A stretch of DNA of 57,013 bases. Origin: an uncultured Coriobacteriaceae bacterium. Its GTDB lineage: Bacteria; Actinomycetota; Coriobacteriia; Coriobacteriales; Eggerthellaceae. Where the stretch lies: NCBI GenBank assembly GCA_900552365.1, contig URZP01000001.1, forward strand, positions 1-57,013, in the 5' to 3' direction. The position numbers and the translations under genes are program-made. The notes under the pieces were generated by a model, which saw only the letters and a program-made list of their open reading frames with translations, did no database searches and had not been told where the DNA came from. Shown here one piece after another: positions 46,510 through 56,093 of the stretch (positions within the stretch are counted from its first letter, which is position 1; each line of letters opens with the position of its first letter).

Positions 46510-46794
46510 ATGGGCGAATTCATGAGCGATTTTCAAACGAACACGACGCGCAGCGAGTCGTACGGTGCCCTTCAGGACATCGTCGACTCGCTTTTCGTGA
46601 ACAAGGGGCCGCTTGACGAGGTCCGTCGTCTTGATGTCATCGTCGCCGGCGAATCGGGTGACCTTCCCGCCGACCTGCAGGAAGTCATCGCGCTTCTGCC
46701 GCCGGGAAATTATTCGCGTCAGCGCTTGTGCGACCAGCTGAACTCGTCGATCGGCGGTCACGCATGGGGCCAGGTGTACGGAACGGTGGAATAG
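46510..46794 (+). CDS. Small DUF2795-like protein (94 aa)
   Basis: 'DLPADLQEVIALLPPGNYSRQRLCDQLN' resembles the DUF2795 pattern. Only the last 94 codons of ORF 46081-46794 are taken, and the gene is tightly packed with its neighbours. Confidence 0.45.
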   Translation: MGEFMSDFQTNTTRSESYGALQDIVDSLFVNKGPLDEVRRLDVIVAGESGDLPADLQEVIALLPPGNYSRQRLCDQLNSSIGGHAWGQVYGTVE

Positions 46795-46795
46795 C

Positions 46796-47605
46796 ATGCA
46801 AGATGTGTTGGATTTCTTCGAGAGGGTGACCGCCTCGGAGTTCGCAGGAACGGTGATCACCGCGGTCATCATTCTTGCCGCAACGGCAATTTGCGTTCGC
46901 GTTGCCACGCGCCTGATCAGGGGGTTCGTCAAGCACAGCGGCCATGACCTGCCGTCCAGCTCGATCTTCGTCAATATCGCTCGCGCGACTATCTGGCTGA
47001 TCGGCTTCAGCTTGCTGTTGTCCACGTGTTTCGGTATCGACGTCAGCGCGCTTGTCGCTGCACTGGGCGTTGGCGGCATTGCCGTGTCGCTTGGCTTCAG
47101 GGACACCATTTCCAATCTCATCGGCGGCTTGCAGGTGTCGATGCTCGGCATTGTGGCCCCGGGCGACAATATCGCCGTGGGCTCGCTGAAGGGCGTCGTT
47201 CAGGACGTCACATGGCGTCAAACCGTGGTGCGCGCAGGCGACGGCCACGACGTGGTCGTTCCCAACTCGGTCATCAATGCGCAGACCGTCGAGAAGTTCC
47301 CGCCGGTGAACGTCGTTCGCGTTCCCGTTTCACTTGCCACGGACGGGCGCGATTTGGATGAGGTTGCCAAGGCGGTCGAAAGCAAAGCCAGCGCCGCTGC
47401 GCACGGGGTCGGCACGGTCGCCTGCGAGCCTCGCTTGCTTTTCACGGGGATCAGCGAAATGGCCGTGAACGGCGTTTTGACGTATGAGATGGGGCAGGCT
47501 GAAACCGTGTCCGCCGCAACTGATGCCATCATTCGCGCGATCGCGCCGTATGCGCGCAATTCGTTCAAGGAAGCGGCGGCAGAAGATACCGCCCAAGAGT
47601 CCTGA
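46796..47605 (+). CDS. Small-conductance mechanosensitive channel (MscS family)
   Basis: Three TM segments are followed by 'SNLIGGLQVSM...PGDNIAVGSLKGVVQDVTWRQTVVRAGDGHDVVVPNSV'. Confidence 0.85.
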   Translation: MQDVLDFFERVTASEFAGTVITAVIILAATAICVRVATRLIRGFVKHSGHDLPSSSIFVNIARATIWLIGFSLLLSTCFGIDVSALVAALGVGGIAVSLGFRDTISNLIGGLQVSMLGIVAPGDNIAVGSLKGVVQDVTWRQTVVRAGDGHDVVVPNSVINAQTVEKFPPVNVVRVPVSLATDGRDLDEVAKAVESKASAAAHGVGTVACEPRLLFTGISEMAVNGVLTYEMGQAETVSAATDAIIRAIAPYARNSFKEAAAEDTAQES

Positions 47606-47616
47606 TTTCGGGCATG

Positions 47617-47790
47617 AAAAATCCCGCCCCCTGCCCGCAGGGTGAACCCACCTTAAGTTAAGGTGGGTGCTCGCAGCTTGCTTCCTGGCTTTCGTGTCGA
47701 CAGACGCGAATCCCCATTTCACAGGCGATTAGAGCTCCCTGAGAAAGAATGTCGGTCCACCACAAAAAGCGGCATTGGGAACGGGACCAA
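47617..47790 (-). ncRNA. ssrS: Candidate 6S RNA
   Basis: The region is non-coding. On the minus strand, 5' UCCCGUUCCCAAUGCCGC (47769-47786) pairs with 3' GCGGGCAGGGGGCGGGA (47622-47638), followed by UUUUU. A second helix forms between GGUGGACC and GGUUCACC, and there is a perfect 10-bp hairpin at 47647-47667. The 3' half (CACCUUAACUUAAGG..GUUCA..CCUGCGG, and GAAAGCC..CUGCGAGCAC) resembles E. coli 6S as I recall it. Confidence 0.6.
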
Positions 47791-47944
47791 CTAGTACACT
47801 ATCCCTGCGTCAATGCGAAATAAAGTCTTGACTTAGATTTTGCCGTGCTGTTTCGTTTTTTGGTGCGGCATCGTGTTTTTCGGTTGTCGCATTTCAGGCG
47901 CGAAAACGCGCTGAAACGCCCCTCGCAAACCAGAAGGCTTCTCC

Positions 47945-49366
47945 ATGGATACTCTATTTACCGAAATGGAAAATGCTCAAAAATCAAAGGTCGCGCCCCT
48001 GGCTGTTCGTATGAGGCCGGCGTCCCTTGACGATTTTGTGGGGCAGTCCGAAGCGGTGGGGCCCGGCAGTTGGCTTCGCTCCGCCATACAGAACGATACG
48101 TTAAGCTCGGTCATCCTGTTCGGGCCGGCGGGAACCGGCAAGACGTCCATCGCGCACATCATCGCCGAGAGCACCGCCGCCACGTTTGTCGAGGTATCGG
48201 CCATTGGCGGAACCGTCTCCGACCTGCGTCGTGAGATTGCCGCCGCCGAGACGCGCTTGCTGCAGGGCAGGCGAACCATCCTGTTCGTCGATGAGATCCA
48301 TCGTTTCAATCGCGCGCAGCAGGACTCGCTTCTTCATGCCGTCGAGAACCGCACGGTTGTCCTTATCGGCGCTACTACCGAGAACCCTTATTTCGAGGTG
48401 AATTCCGCCTTGATCTCGCGTTCGCGCATCGTCGAGCTGGGACATCTTTCCGATTTCGATATCGCCGAGCTTATCTCTCGTGCGCTTGTCGACGAGCGCG
48501 GCTTGGCGGGGAAGTACGAGCTTGCGTCCGACGCCCTTGACGCGCTGGTCGTCATGGCCGGCGGCGACGCGCGCTCGGCTTTGACGTCGCTTGAGCTTTC
48601 CGCCGGCATGGTTTCGCCCGGCACTAAGGACGCCCCTGCTCCGATCGGCGCCAAGGTCGTCGAAACGGCCAACCTCCATCGCGGTTTGCCATACGACAAG
48701 AACAAGGACATGCACTACGACATCATCTCGGCGTTCATCAAGTCGATGCGCGGCAGCGACCCCGATGCGGCCTTGTACTGGCTCGCTCGCATGATCGACG
48801 GCGGCGAGGATCCGAAATTCATCGCACGCCGCATTTTCATCTGCGCATCCGAGGACGTGGGCAACGCCGATCCGCAGGCTCTTTTGGTGGCGGAGGCCGC
48901 GTTCAAGTCGGCCGAGGTCATCGGCTACCCCGAATGCGCTTTGAACCTTGCCCAGGCTGCCACGTACATCGCGCTGGCTCCGAAGAGCAACGCTGCTTCC
49001 GCGGGTTATTTTGCGGCGCTGGCCGAGGTTCGCAAGGGCCCCGTCCGCGAGGTTCCCAGCTATTTGCGCGATCGTCATCGTCCCGGCTCCGAGAACTACG
49101 GCACCTACCGCTACCCGCACGACTATCCCGGTGGATGGGTCGATCAGCGTTATCTTCCCGAGGGTTTGGAGCGCGGCGCGTTCTATCATCCCACCGACCG
49201 TGGTTGGGAGGCTTATCGCGTCGATTCGACCGCAGGCGACCGAGCGGGTCGCATCGATTTGGGGCTCAATGCCAAGGACGGCAAGAAAGGCCATCCTCAG
49301 CCGAAGAGCACGTGGGAGAAAATCCACGACGATGCGGGAAAGCCTCTTCCGAACAACGGGAAATAG
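47945..49366 (+). CDS. rarA: Replication-associated recombination protein A (RarA/MgsA AAA+ ATPase)
   Basis: 'LFGPAGTGKTS', 'ILFVDEIHRFN', 'ATTENPYFEV' and the C-terminal 'HYD..SAFIKSMRGSDPDAALYWLARM' are present. Confidence 0.95.
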   Translation: MDTLFTEMENAQKSKVAPLAVRMRPASLDDFVGQSEAVGPGSWLRSAIQNDTLSSVILFGPAGTGKTSIAHIIAESTAATFVEVSAIGGTVSDLRREIAAAETRLLQGRRTILFVDEIHRFNRAQQDSLLHAVENRTVVLIGATTENPYFEVNSALISRSRIVELGHLSDFDIAELISRALVDERGLAGKYELASDALDALVVMAGGDARSALTSLELSAGMVSPGTKDAPAPIGAKVVETANLHRGLPYDKNKDMHYDIISAFIKSMRGSDPDAALYWLARMIDGGEDPKFIARRIFICASEDVGNADPQALLVAEAAFKSAEVIGYPECALNLAQAATYIALAPKSNAASAGYFAALAEVRKGPVREVPSYLRDRHRPGSENYGTYRYPHDYPGGWVDQRYLPEGLERGAFYHPTDRGWEAYRVDSTAGDRAGRIDLGLNAKDGKKGHPQPKSTWEKIHDDAGKPLPNNGK

Positions 49367-49570
49367 CCTTTCGGTCGACGCGGCACTGAGGCAACTTGCA
49401 TGCCGATTCCTCTTCAAGATCCCCCGCCGGCGACTGCGCGCCACAACGTTTCGCGATGTGTGGCGTGACGTGCTTTGACGGTAGATGAAAAAGGAAACGA
49501 AGGCGTAGCACGTGCGAATAGACGCCTTTTCGCATGCTATAGTTGTCCCTGTAGAACAAGGAGGTTTCCC

Positions 49571-50173
49571 ATGGACATCAATATGATCCTTGCCGTGGTT
49601 TTCATTTGCGTCGGCATCGCGCTGATCGTTTTCCTTATCGAGCTCGTTCGCACCGTGCGCAGCGCTCGCACGACCATCGATAACGTGCAGAAGCAACTTG
49701 AGCCTACGCTCGCCCATGTCGAGCAGATCACCAACGAGATCAAGCCGGCCATTGCCAAGGTCGATCCGCTGATGGACCGCGTTTCGCTTACCATTGACGC
49801 CGCGAATCTCGAGATGATGCGTGTCGATCAGATCCTCGAAGATGTCACCGCCATCACCGACACCGCCTCCAATGCCGTTGAGGCCGTTGACAATGTGGCC
49901 AATGCGCCGCTGGAGCTGATGAACAACGTTTCCAGTAAAGTTCGCAAGGTTTTGAAGCCCAAGGCCGCCAGCGACGAGGCGCAGATGCTCGAGCAGCAGC
50001 GCGTTGCTGCGGCGAAGGCCCTTGACGAGCTTCGCGCGGCCGAGAAAGAGACGGGCCTGACCGGCGTCTCTTCTGCTCAGGTCGACGGCGCGGCTCCTGC
50101 AACCGAGGCTGCCGACGCGAAGTCCGCGGGTGAAAACGCGTACTTCACGTACGAGGCAACTTCAAGCAAATAG
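49571..50173 (+). CDS. DUF948-family membrane-anchored coiled-coil protein
   Basis: An N-terminal TM segment ('ILAVVFICVGIALIVFLI') is followed by helical repeats. The ATG at 49571 follows AAGGAGG. Confidence 0.65.
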   Translation: MDINMILAVVFICVGIALIVFLIELVRTVRSARTTIDNVQKQLEPTLAHVEQITNEIKPAIAKVDPLMDRVSLTIDAANLEMMRVDQILEDVTAITDTASNAVEAVDNVANAPLELMNNVSSKVRKVLKPKAASDEAQMLEQQRVAAAKALDELRAAEKETGLTGVSSAQVDGAAPATEAADAKSAGENAYFTYEATSSK

Positions 50174-50190
50174 TGCGAAGGCGATAGCGC

Positions 50191-51498
50191 ATGTCTTCAA
50201 GCTCGGCTGATCAACGGGAAGCATCAGGCTCTTCTCTGCATGAAGCGGTTCGCGAGGATCGCAAGATGCACGCTGCAAAGCGTCATTTCCTGCAGGTCTG
50301 GACGCTGGTGGGAGCCTGTGTACTCACCGCGGTCGTCGTTTATCTTCTCAATGTCCTTGCCATACCCGTCGGCATCATCATCTGGACCGTCATCATCTGC
50401 TTCATCTTGTCCGGCCCGGTGAACTTTTTCGAGCAGTATGGCATAAAGCGCGCATGGGGCACGCTGCTGGCGTACGTCCTTATGTTCGCCGTGCTCGCCT
50501 TGCTGCTTTTCATCACGTTCTCGCCGACCTTCGGCATCAGCGAGCAGTTCCAGAACATGGTCATGTCGCTTCCCGACTACGCGCAATCGGTCATGGCGGC
50601 CGCGAACGGGTTCTACGATCGCTACGCCGACGTCCTTTCCAACTACAAGGTGCGCGAGGCGCTTGACTCCATCGCGCAATCGTTTGCCAGCTGGGCTTCG
50701 GGTGTTGCTGCCAGCAGCGCAAGCGGCGTGGTTTCCGCAGGCGCGGCTATCGGCAACGTCTGCCTGGTGGTTGGCTTCGCGTTCGTCGTGGCTTTCTGGA
50801 TGCTTATGGAAGCACCTGGTCTGGGACGTGAGGTTCGTCGCATCGTCGGCGACGATCGCCATGAGGAGCTTGCCATGCTGCACGCCACCGTCACCCGCGT
50901 GATGGGCGGCTACATCAAGGGCACGCTTATCCAATGCGCCATCATCGGCGTGGGCTGCGGCGTCCTGTTCGCCATTGTCGGCACGCCTAATGCGGCCGCG
51001 TTCGGCGTGATCACCGGTCTTCTGAACATCATCCCCGTCGTCGGCCCGTGGCTGGGCGGTTTCGTGGCGGCGCTCGGCAGTTTGTTCATCAGCCCCTTCA
51101 CCGCGTTCGTGGCCCTTATCGGCACCATTGCCATTCAGCAGGCTGTCTACACCTTCGTGTCGCCTAAGCTGGTCGGCAACGCCGTCGACATCCATCCGGC
51201 GCTCACTTTCATCGCCCTGATGGCCGGCAGCGGAATCGGCGCCGCTATGAGTGGCCTTTCGGGTTCGCTTGTCGGCGCGCTTCTGTCCATTCCCGCTGTT
51301 GCAGTGATGAAGTCGGTGTTCGTTTACTACTTCGAGAAACGCACCGGCCGTCGCATCGTTTCGCCCGATGGTGTGTTCTTCTGCGGCAAAGATATCGGCG
51401 ATGGGCAGATCGATCCCATGGTCGACGCCACTGGTCTTACCCTTGCCGACGCCGAAGCCGAGGCCGAAGCGCGCGAGCGTGCGGGGCTTGGCCTATAG
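50191..51498 (+). CDS. AI-2E family transporter (PerM/UPF0118)
   Basis: The polytopic protein has 'GLLNIIPVVGPWLG', typical of the family. Confidence 0.8.
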   Translation: MSSSSADQREASGSSLHEAVREDRKMHAAKRHFLQVWTLVGACVLTAVVVYLLNVLAIPVGIIIWTVIICFILSGPVNFFEQYGIKRAWGTLLAYVLMFAVLALLLFITFSPTFGISEQFQNMVMSLPDYAQSVMAAANGFYDRYADVLSNYKVREALDSIAQSFASWASGVAASSASGVVSAGAAIGNVCLVVGFAFVVAFWMLMEAPGLGREVRRIVGDDRHEELAMLHATVTRVMGGYIKGTLIQCAIIGVGCGVLFAIVGTPNAAAFGVITGLLNIIPVVGPWLGGFVAALGSLFISPFTAFVALIGTIAIQQAVYTFVSPKLVGNAVDIHPALTFIALMAGSGIGAAMSGLSGSLVGALLSIPAVAVMKSVFVYYFEKRTGRRIVSPDGVFFCGKDIGDGQIDPMVDATGLTLADAEAEAEARERAGLGL

Positions 51499-51723
51499 CT
51501 TCGGGTGGTGAACCCGGGCGTGCGCATCCGCGCGTGCGGGCTTGGGATTGTAAATCTGGCTTGTAGTTATTCGGGGTTGCGCCGATGATCTGCTGCGTTC
51601 TGCGCAAATAGGGGTAGAATTATCGGCACCGTTTTCGGGCGCCGCCTGGGAACGCGTTCATGGAATCGAATGCACGGGCAGATCGAGCACGTGAGCAAAT
51701 AGCAGATAGCGAGGATTCAACAC

Positions 51724-54396
51724 ATGCAGTACATGACTTCGGCTGAGATCCGCGAGAAGTACCTCAGCTTCTTCGAAAGCAAGGGGTGCAAGCGCCTGCC
51801 TTCGTCGTCCCTTATCCCCGACGATCCGTCGTTGCTTCTTACCAGCGCCGGCATGGTGCAGTTCAAGCCGTACTTCCTGCATGTGAAGGAGTTCGACCCC
51901 AACTACATCGGCGCCACCACCGTCCAGAAGTGCGTGCGCACCAACGACATCGACATCATCGGCACCGACGGCCGTCATCTGAGCTTCTTCGAGATGCTGG
52001 GCAACTTCAGCTTCGGCAAGTACTTCAAGAAGGAGATGTGCACCTGGGCCATGGAGTTCTCCACCGAGGTTTTGGGCCTTCCGAAAGAGAAACTCTACTT
52101 CACCGTGTTCCTTGACGACGACGAGACCATCGAGATCTGGAAGAGCCTCGGCGTCGATGAAAGCCACATCACCCGTTTGGGCGAGGACGACAACTTCTGG
52201 CGCGCCGGTCCCACCGGCCCTTGCGGTCCCTGCTCCGAACTGTACTACGACCAGGGTCCCGAGTTCGGCTGCGGCAAGGAAGACTGCGGCCCCGGCTGCG
52301 AGTGCGACCGCTTCCTTGAGTACTGGAACCTTGTTTTCACCCAGTACGATGGCCAGGAAGACGGCACGCTCGCCCCACTTCCCACCAAGAACATCGACAC
52401 CGGTCTGGGCCTCGAGCGCATGGCCGCCATCATGCAGGGCGTTCAGGGCAACTTCGAAACCAACGAGCTGCGCGGCCTTATCTCTTTGGGCGAGCAGCTT
52501 TCCGGCAAGAAGTACGTCGGCTCCGCCAACACCGCCGCCATCAAGGGCGAGCAGGGCGCCATCAACACCAGCCTGCGCATCATCTCCGACCATGCTCGCA
52601 GCGTTTCGTTCATGATCGCCGACGGCATCCTGCCTTCCAACGAGGGTCGCGGATACGTTCTGCGCCGTCTTCTGCGCCGCGCCGTCATGCACGGCCATAA
52701 GCTGGGCATCGAGGGCCCGTTCTTGGGCACGTACCTGGCTCAGATCGTCGACACCATGGGCGGCGTTTATCCCGAGCTGGTTGCAAACCGCGAGCTTATC
52801 GAGCGCGTCATCCTTTCCGAGGAAGAGCGCTTCGGCAAGACGCTGCGCACCGGCCAGACCTACCTTGAGGGCGCACTGCGCGACCTTTCCGCAGGCGACG
52901 TCCTTTCGGGCGAGCAGGCATTCACCCTGCATGACACCTATGGTTTCCCCATCGAGCTTACCGAGGAGATCTGCGCTGAAAGCGGCATCGGCGTGGATAA
53001 GGACGGCTTTGACGTGTGCATGGCCGCTCAGCGTGACCGCGCCCGTGCTGCAACCAAGGACGACGCCGAGGCCGCATGGTCCACGTTCGGCGGCGTTCAT
53101 GCCGAGCTGTTGAAGCAGGAAGGCGCCACGAACTTCGTGGGCTACGACAAGCTTCAGGCCAACGCCCGCATCATCGCAGTCATCAAGGACGGCAAGCGCG
53201 TTGCCTCGCTTTCCGAGGGCGACGAGGGCGAGATCATCCTTGACACCACGCCGTTTTATGCGGAAATGGGCGGCGAGGTTGGCGACACCGGCGTTATCGA
53301 GACGTCCGACGCCGCCGCTCAGGTTGTGAACACCAAGGCTCCCGAGAAGGGCCTTATCAGCCACTACGTGAAGGTCATGCGCGGCACTCTGGTCGAGGGC
53401 GAGTCTGCAACGGCTTCCGTCGACGCGCTTCGCCGTGCTCAGGTTGCCCGTAATCACACCGCTACCCATATCCTGCATGCTTCGCTTCGCAAGGTTCTGG
53501 GCGATCATGTGAACCAGGCCGGCTCCTACGTCGGTCCCGACCGCCTGCGTTTCGACTTCACCCACTTCTCGCCGGTCACCCGCGAGGAGATCGAGCAGAT
53601 CGAGCTCATCGCCAACCAGGCAATCATGAGCGCCATGCCCATGAATATCTACGAAACTTCGCTTGACGAGGCGCGCGCTTCAGGCGTTACCGCCCTGTTT
53701 GGTGAAAAGTACGGCGAGAAGGTCCGTGTTGTCGAGGCTGGCGAGTTCTCTCGCGAGCTGTGCGGCGGCTGCCATGTTGCCAACACCGCCGAGATCGGCT
53801 TCCTGAAGGTTGTTTCCGAGTCCAGCGTCGCTGCCAACACGCGCCGCATCGAGGCCGTCACCAGCTTTGGCGCCCTTGAGTACGTCAACAAGATCGAGGC
53901 CGAGCTTCGCGTTGCGGCCGATGGCCTGCATGTTGCGATGTTCGAGGTTGCCGACCGCGCTGCCGCTAACGCTCAGGCTCTTAAGGAAGCTCAGCAGAAG
54001 GCTAAGGCGGGTCAGCAGGCCGCTGCAGCCGAGGGCCTGGACGCCGTGCTGAAGAACGCTTTCGAAAGCGCTGCCGGCTACCCGGTAGTCGTTGCTCATA
54101 TCGCTGGCGCCGAGACCAGCGCGCTGCGCAACGCCTGGGACATCCTCCGTGCCCGCATGGAGGCTCCCGGCGCCGCTGTTCTTGCAGGCGATAAGGATGG
54201 CAAGCCCATCATCATGGCCGCAGGCACTGACGAGGCAGTTGCCGCAGGCTTTAATGCCGGCGCCATCATCAAGGCCGTTGCCCCTGCCGTTAAGGGCGGC
54301 GGTGGTGGCAAGCCCACCATGGCTCAGGCTGGCGGTAAGGACGTCGCGGGCATTCCAGCTGCGCTTGAGCAGGCTCGCGAGATTCTGACCAAGTAG
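51724..54396 (+). CDS. alaS: Alanyl-tRNA synthetase
   Basis: 'FFESKGCKRLPSSSL', 'FEMLGNFSFG', 'WNLVFTQY' and the editing-domain 'HTATHILH' are present, followed by a C-terminal DHHA1-like region. Confidence 0.97.
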   Translation: MQYMTSAEIREKYLSFFESKGCKRLPSSSLIPDDPSLLLTSAGMVQFKPYFLHVKEFDPNYIGATTVQKCVRTNDIDIIGTDGRHLSFFEMLGNFSFGKYFKKEMCTWAMEFSTEVLGLPKEKLYFTVFLDDDETIEIWKSLGVDESHITRLGEDDNFWRAGPTGPCGPCSELYYDQGPEFGCGKEDCGPGCECDRFLEYWNLVFTQYDGQEDGTLAPLPTKNIDTGLGLERMAAIMQGVQGNFETNELRGLISLGEQLSGKKYVGSANTAAIKGEQGAINTSLRIISDHARSVSFMIADGILPSNEGRGYVLRRLLRRAVMHGHKLGIEGPFLGTYLAQIVDTMGGVYPELVANRELIERVILSEEERFGKTLRTGQTYLEGALRDLSAGDVLSGEQAFTLHDTYGFPIELTEEICAESGIGVDKDGFDVCMAAQRDRARAATKDDAEAAWSTFGGVHAELLKQEGATNFVGYDKLQANARIIAVIKDGKRVASLSEGDEGEIILDTTPFYAEMGGEVGDTGVIETSDAAAQVVNTKAPEKGLISHYVKVMRGTLVEGESATASVDALRRAQVARNHTATHILHASLRKVLGDHVNQAGSYVGPDRLRFDFTHFSPVTREEIEQIELIANQAIMSAMPMNIYETSLDEARASGVTALFGEKYGEKVRVVEAGEFSRELCGGCHVANTAEIGFLKVVSESSVAANTRRIEAVTSFGALEYVNKIEAELRVAADGLHVAMFEVADRAAANAQALKEAQQKAKAGQQAAAAEGLDAVLKNAFESAAGYPVVVAHIAGAETSALRNAWDILRARMEAPGAAVLAGDKDGKPIIMAAGTDEAVAAGFNAGAIIKAVAPAVKGGGGGKPTMAQAGGKDVAGIPAALEQAREILTK

Positions 54397-54550
54397 CTTT
54401 GCTTCGGCTGCATACGCGCTGATAAACCCCATATTGTTCAAAGGCGGGGAGTAACTGGAAACGGTTGCTCCCCGCTTCTTTTTCGGGCCCGTTTAGGGCG
54501 TCTGCGTTTTGTATAATGGCGCAAAGTTTGCAAGGTGGAAGGAGAGCAAG

Positions 54551-55870
54551 ATGGGGAAGAACGCTTCCTTTGAAATCGCGCCCGATGCTAAAACGGCGTA
54601 CATCAACGCCCATGTGCTTGACGGAACCGAGAACATGGAGGTTCTTGAAAACCATGCGGTTGTTGTCGAAGGCCAACATATCGCGGCCGTGTCGCCTATG
54701 GCCGAGGCTGATCTGGACGGCTGTAAAACGGTTGACCTGAAGGGTGCGTATTTGCTTCCCGGTCTTGTCAATATGCATGTTCATCTTGCCGGCAACGGAA
54801 AGCCTCAGAAGAAGCAACGTGACAACGAAGCGCTGGTCAAGAAGGTTATGGCCAACGGGTTGACGCGCGCCGTTGCTTATCGACTGGTTTCCGAATACGC
54901 GCGTTTGGAGTTGCACAGCGGCGTCACGACCATCCGTACAGTGGGCGGTCTTGGCGATTTTGACACGCGCGTGCGCGATGCCGGCCTTGCGGGCCAGCTC
55001 GAGGCCCCGCGCATCCTTGCCGCCAACGAGGGCATCTCGGTTCCCGGCGGTCACATGGCAGGTTCCGTTGCCATTGCTGCGCACAGCATTCCCGAGGCGC
55101 TTGTGCAGGTGGACATCGCCAAGTCGCAGGGAGCCGACCTTATCAAGCTCATGATCACCGGCGGCGTGCTTGATGCAACGGAGAAGGGTACCCCAGGCGA
55201 GATGAAGATGGACCCAGCCATGGTTCGCGTGGTGTGCGACAAGGCTCACGAGCTTGGGTTCCTTGTTGCCGCCCATGTCGAATCGACCGAAGGCGTTCGC
55301 GTGGCGCTTGAGGGCGGCGTCGATTCCATCGAGCACGGTGCTGCGCCCACCGACGAGATCATGGATCTATTCAAGAAGAATCAGTCGTTCCTGTGCACCA
55401 CGATCTCACCCGCTTTGCCGTACGCGTTGTTCGATCGTTCGGTTTCCAATGCGAGCGAGGTCGAGCAATACAACGGCAACATGGTCTTCGAGGGTGTCAT
55501 CGCCAATTCGAAGGCGGCTTTGGAGCAAGGCGTGCCCGTTGCCCTGGGCAACGACGTCGGTTGCCCTTGGATCACTCAGTACGACTTCTGGCGCGAGCTT
55601 CGCTACTTCGAGAAGTACGTGGGCGTGTCGCGTCAGTTCGCCCTTCATACGGCGACGCTGCGCAACGCCGAGCTTGCGGGGGTGGGCGACATCACCGGTT
55701 CCATCGAGGTGGGGAAGTGCGCCGACATGATCGTGGTGGATTCCAACCCGCTCGACGACTTGTGCGCACTGCGCACGGTGAAGCATGTGGTTCATCGCGG
55801 GCGTTTCATCGCCGCTCCGAAGGTGAAACGAAACGCCGCGGTTGACCGCGAACTGGATAAATTCCTGTAG
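54551..55870 (+). CDS. Amidohydrolase-family metal-dependent hydrolase
   Basis: 'LPGLVNMHVHL', 'IKLMITGGV', 'AAHVES', 'SIEHG' and 'KCADMIVVDSNPL' are present. The ATG at 54551 follows GGAAGGAG. Confidence 0.8.
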   Translation: MGKNASFEIAPDAKTAYINAHVLDGTENMEVLENHAVVVEGQHIAAVSPMAEADLDGCKTVDLKGAYLLPGLVNMHVHLAGNGKPQKKQRDNEALVKKVMANGLTRAVAYRLVSEYARLELHSGVTTIRTVGGLGDFDTRVRDAGLAGQLEAPRILAANEGISVPGGHMAGSVAIAAHSIPEALVQVDIAKSQGADLIKLMITGGVLDATEKGTPGEMKMDPAMVRVVCDKAHELGFLVAAHVESTEGVRVALEGGVDSIEHGAAPTDEIMDLFKKNQSFLCTTISPALPYALFDRSVSNASEVEQYNGNMVFEGVIANSKAALEQGVPVALGNDVGCPWITQYDFWRELRYFEKYVGVSRQFALHTATLRNAELAGVGDITGSIEVGKCADMIVVDSNPLDDLCALRTVKHVVHRGRFIAAPKVKRNAAVDRELDKFL

Positions 55871-55970
55871 GGCGGCGCGACAGCACGAATCATCGGTGCT
55901 ATGGGCGCCTGGGTTGAGAGGGCGATATACGGGGTCGAAGCGATTCGACTGACATAGTCGTATATGACAG

Positions 55971-56003
55971 GCGGGACGATGTTGTTTTTCAACCTCGTCC
56001 CGC
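55971..56003. terminator. 9-bp hairpin between convergent amidohydrolase and nitroreductase genes
   Basis: The stem GCGGGACGA/TCGTCCCGC has a 15-nt loop. There is no clear U-run, so a terminator function is uncertain. Confidence 0.3.
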
Positions 56004-56093
56004 TCTCGTGTTCTATAGCCGCCGGTTCCCAAATTGGAAACGCTGGAGATCATCGGCACTGGAAATGGGGGGGGCGAAACGCCGCAAGCGCGT

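Noticed and set aside
46081-46794. A 237-aa ORF spanning the end of the Hcy-MT-fold gene and the DUF2795-like gene.
   Set aside because: The first 140 codons or so overlap the better-supported 45606-46493 gene out of frame, and they are Arg/Ser/Pro-rich. Only the last 94 codons, from the ATG at 46510, look genuine.
47617-47790. An alternative reading of the structured RNA as SRP (4.5S/scRNA) RNA, tmRNA or RNase P RNA.
   Set aside because: 'CCAGGAAGCAAGC' superficially recalls the SRP domain IV 'GGAAGCAGC', but there is no GNRA-capped helix 8 around it. There is no tRNA-like 3' end (tmRNA) and no 'GAGGAAAGUCC' (RNase P). The length and the end-to-end pairing fit 6S better.
48101-49717. A 538-aa minus-strand ORF opposite rarA, and the similar ORFs at 51658-53565 (opposite alaS), 13045-14685, 18641-19966, 36725-37765, 54290-55336 and 56034-56726.
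   Set aside because: Each lies antisense to a gene with strong, specific homology signals, and none shows a recognisable domain.
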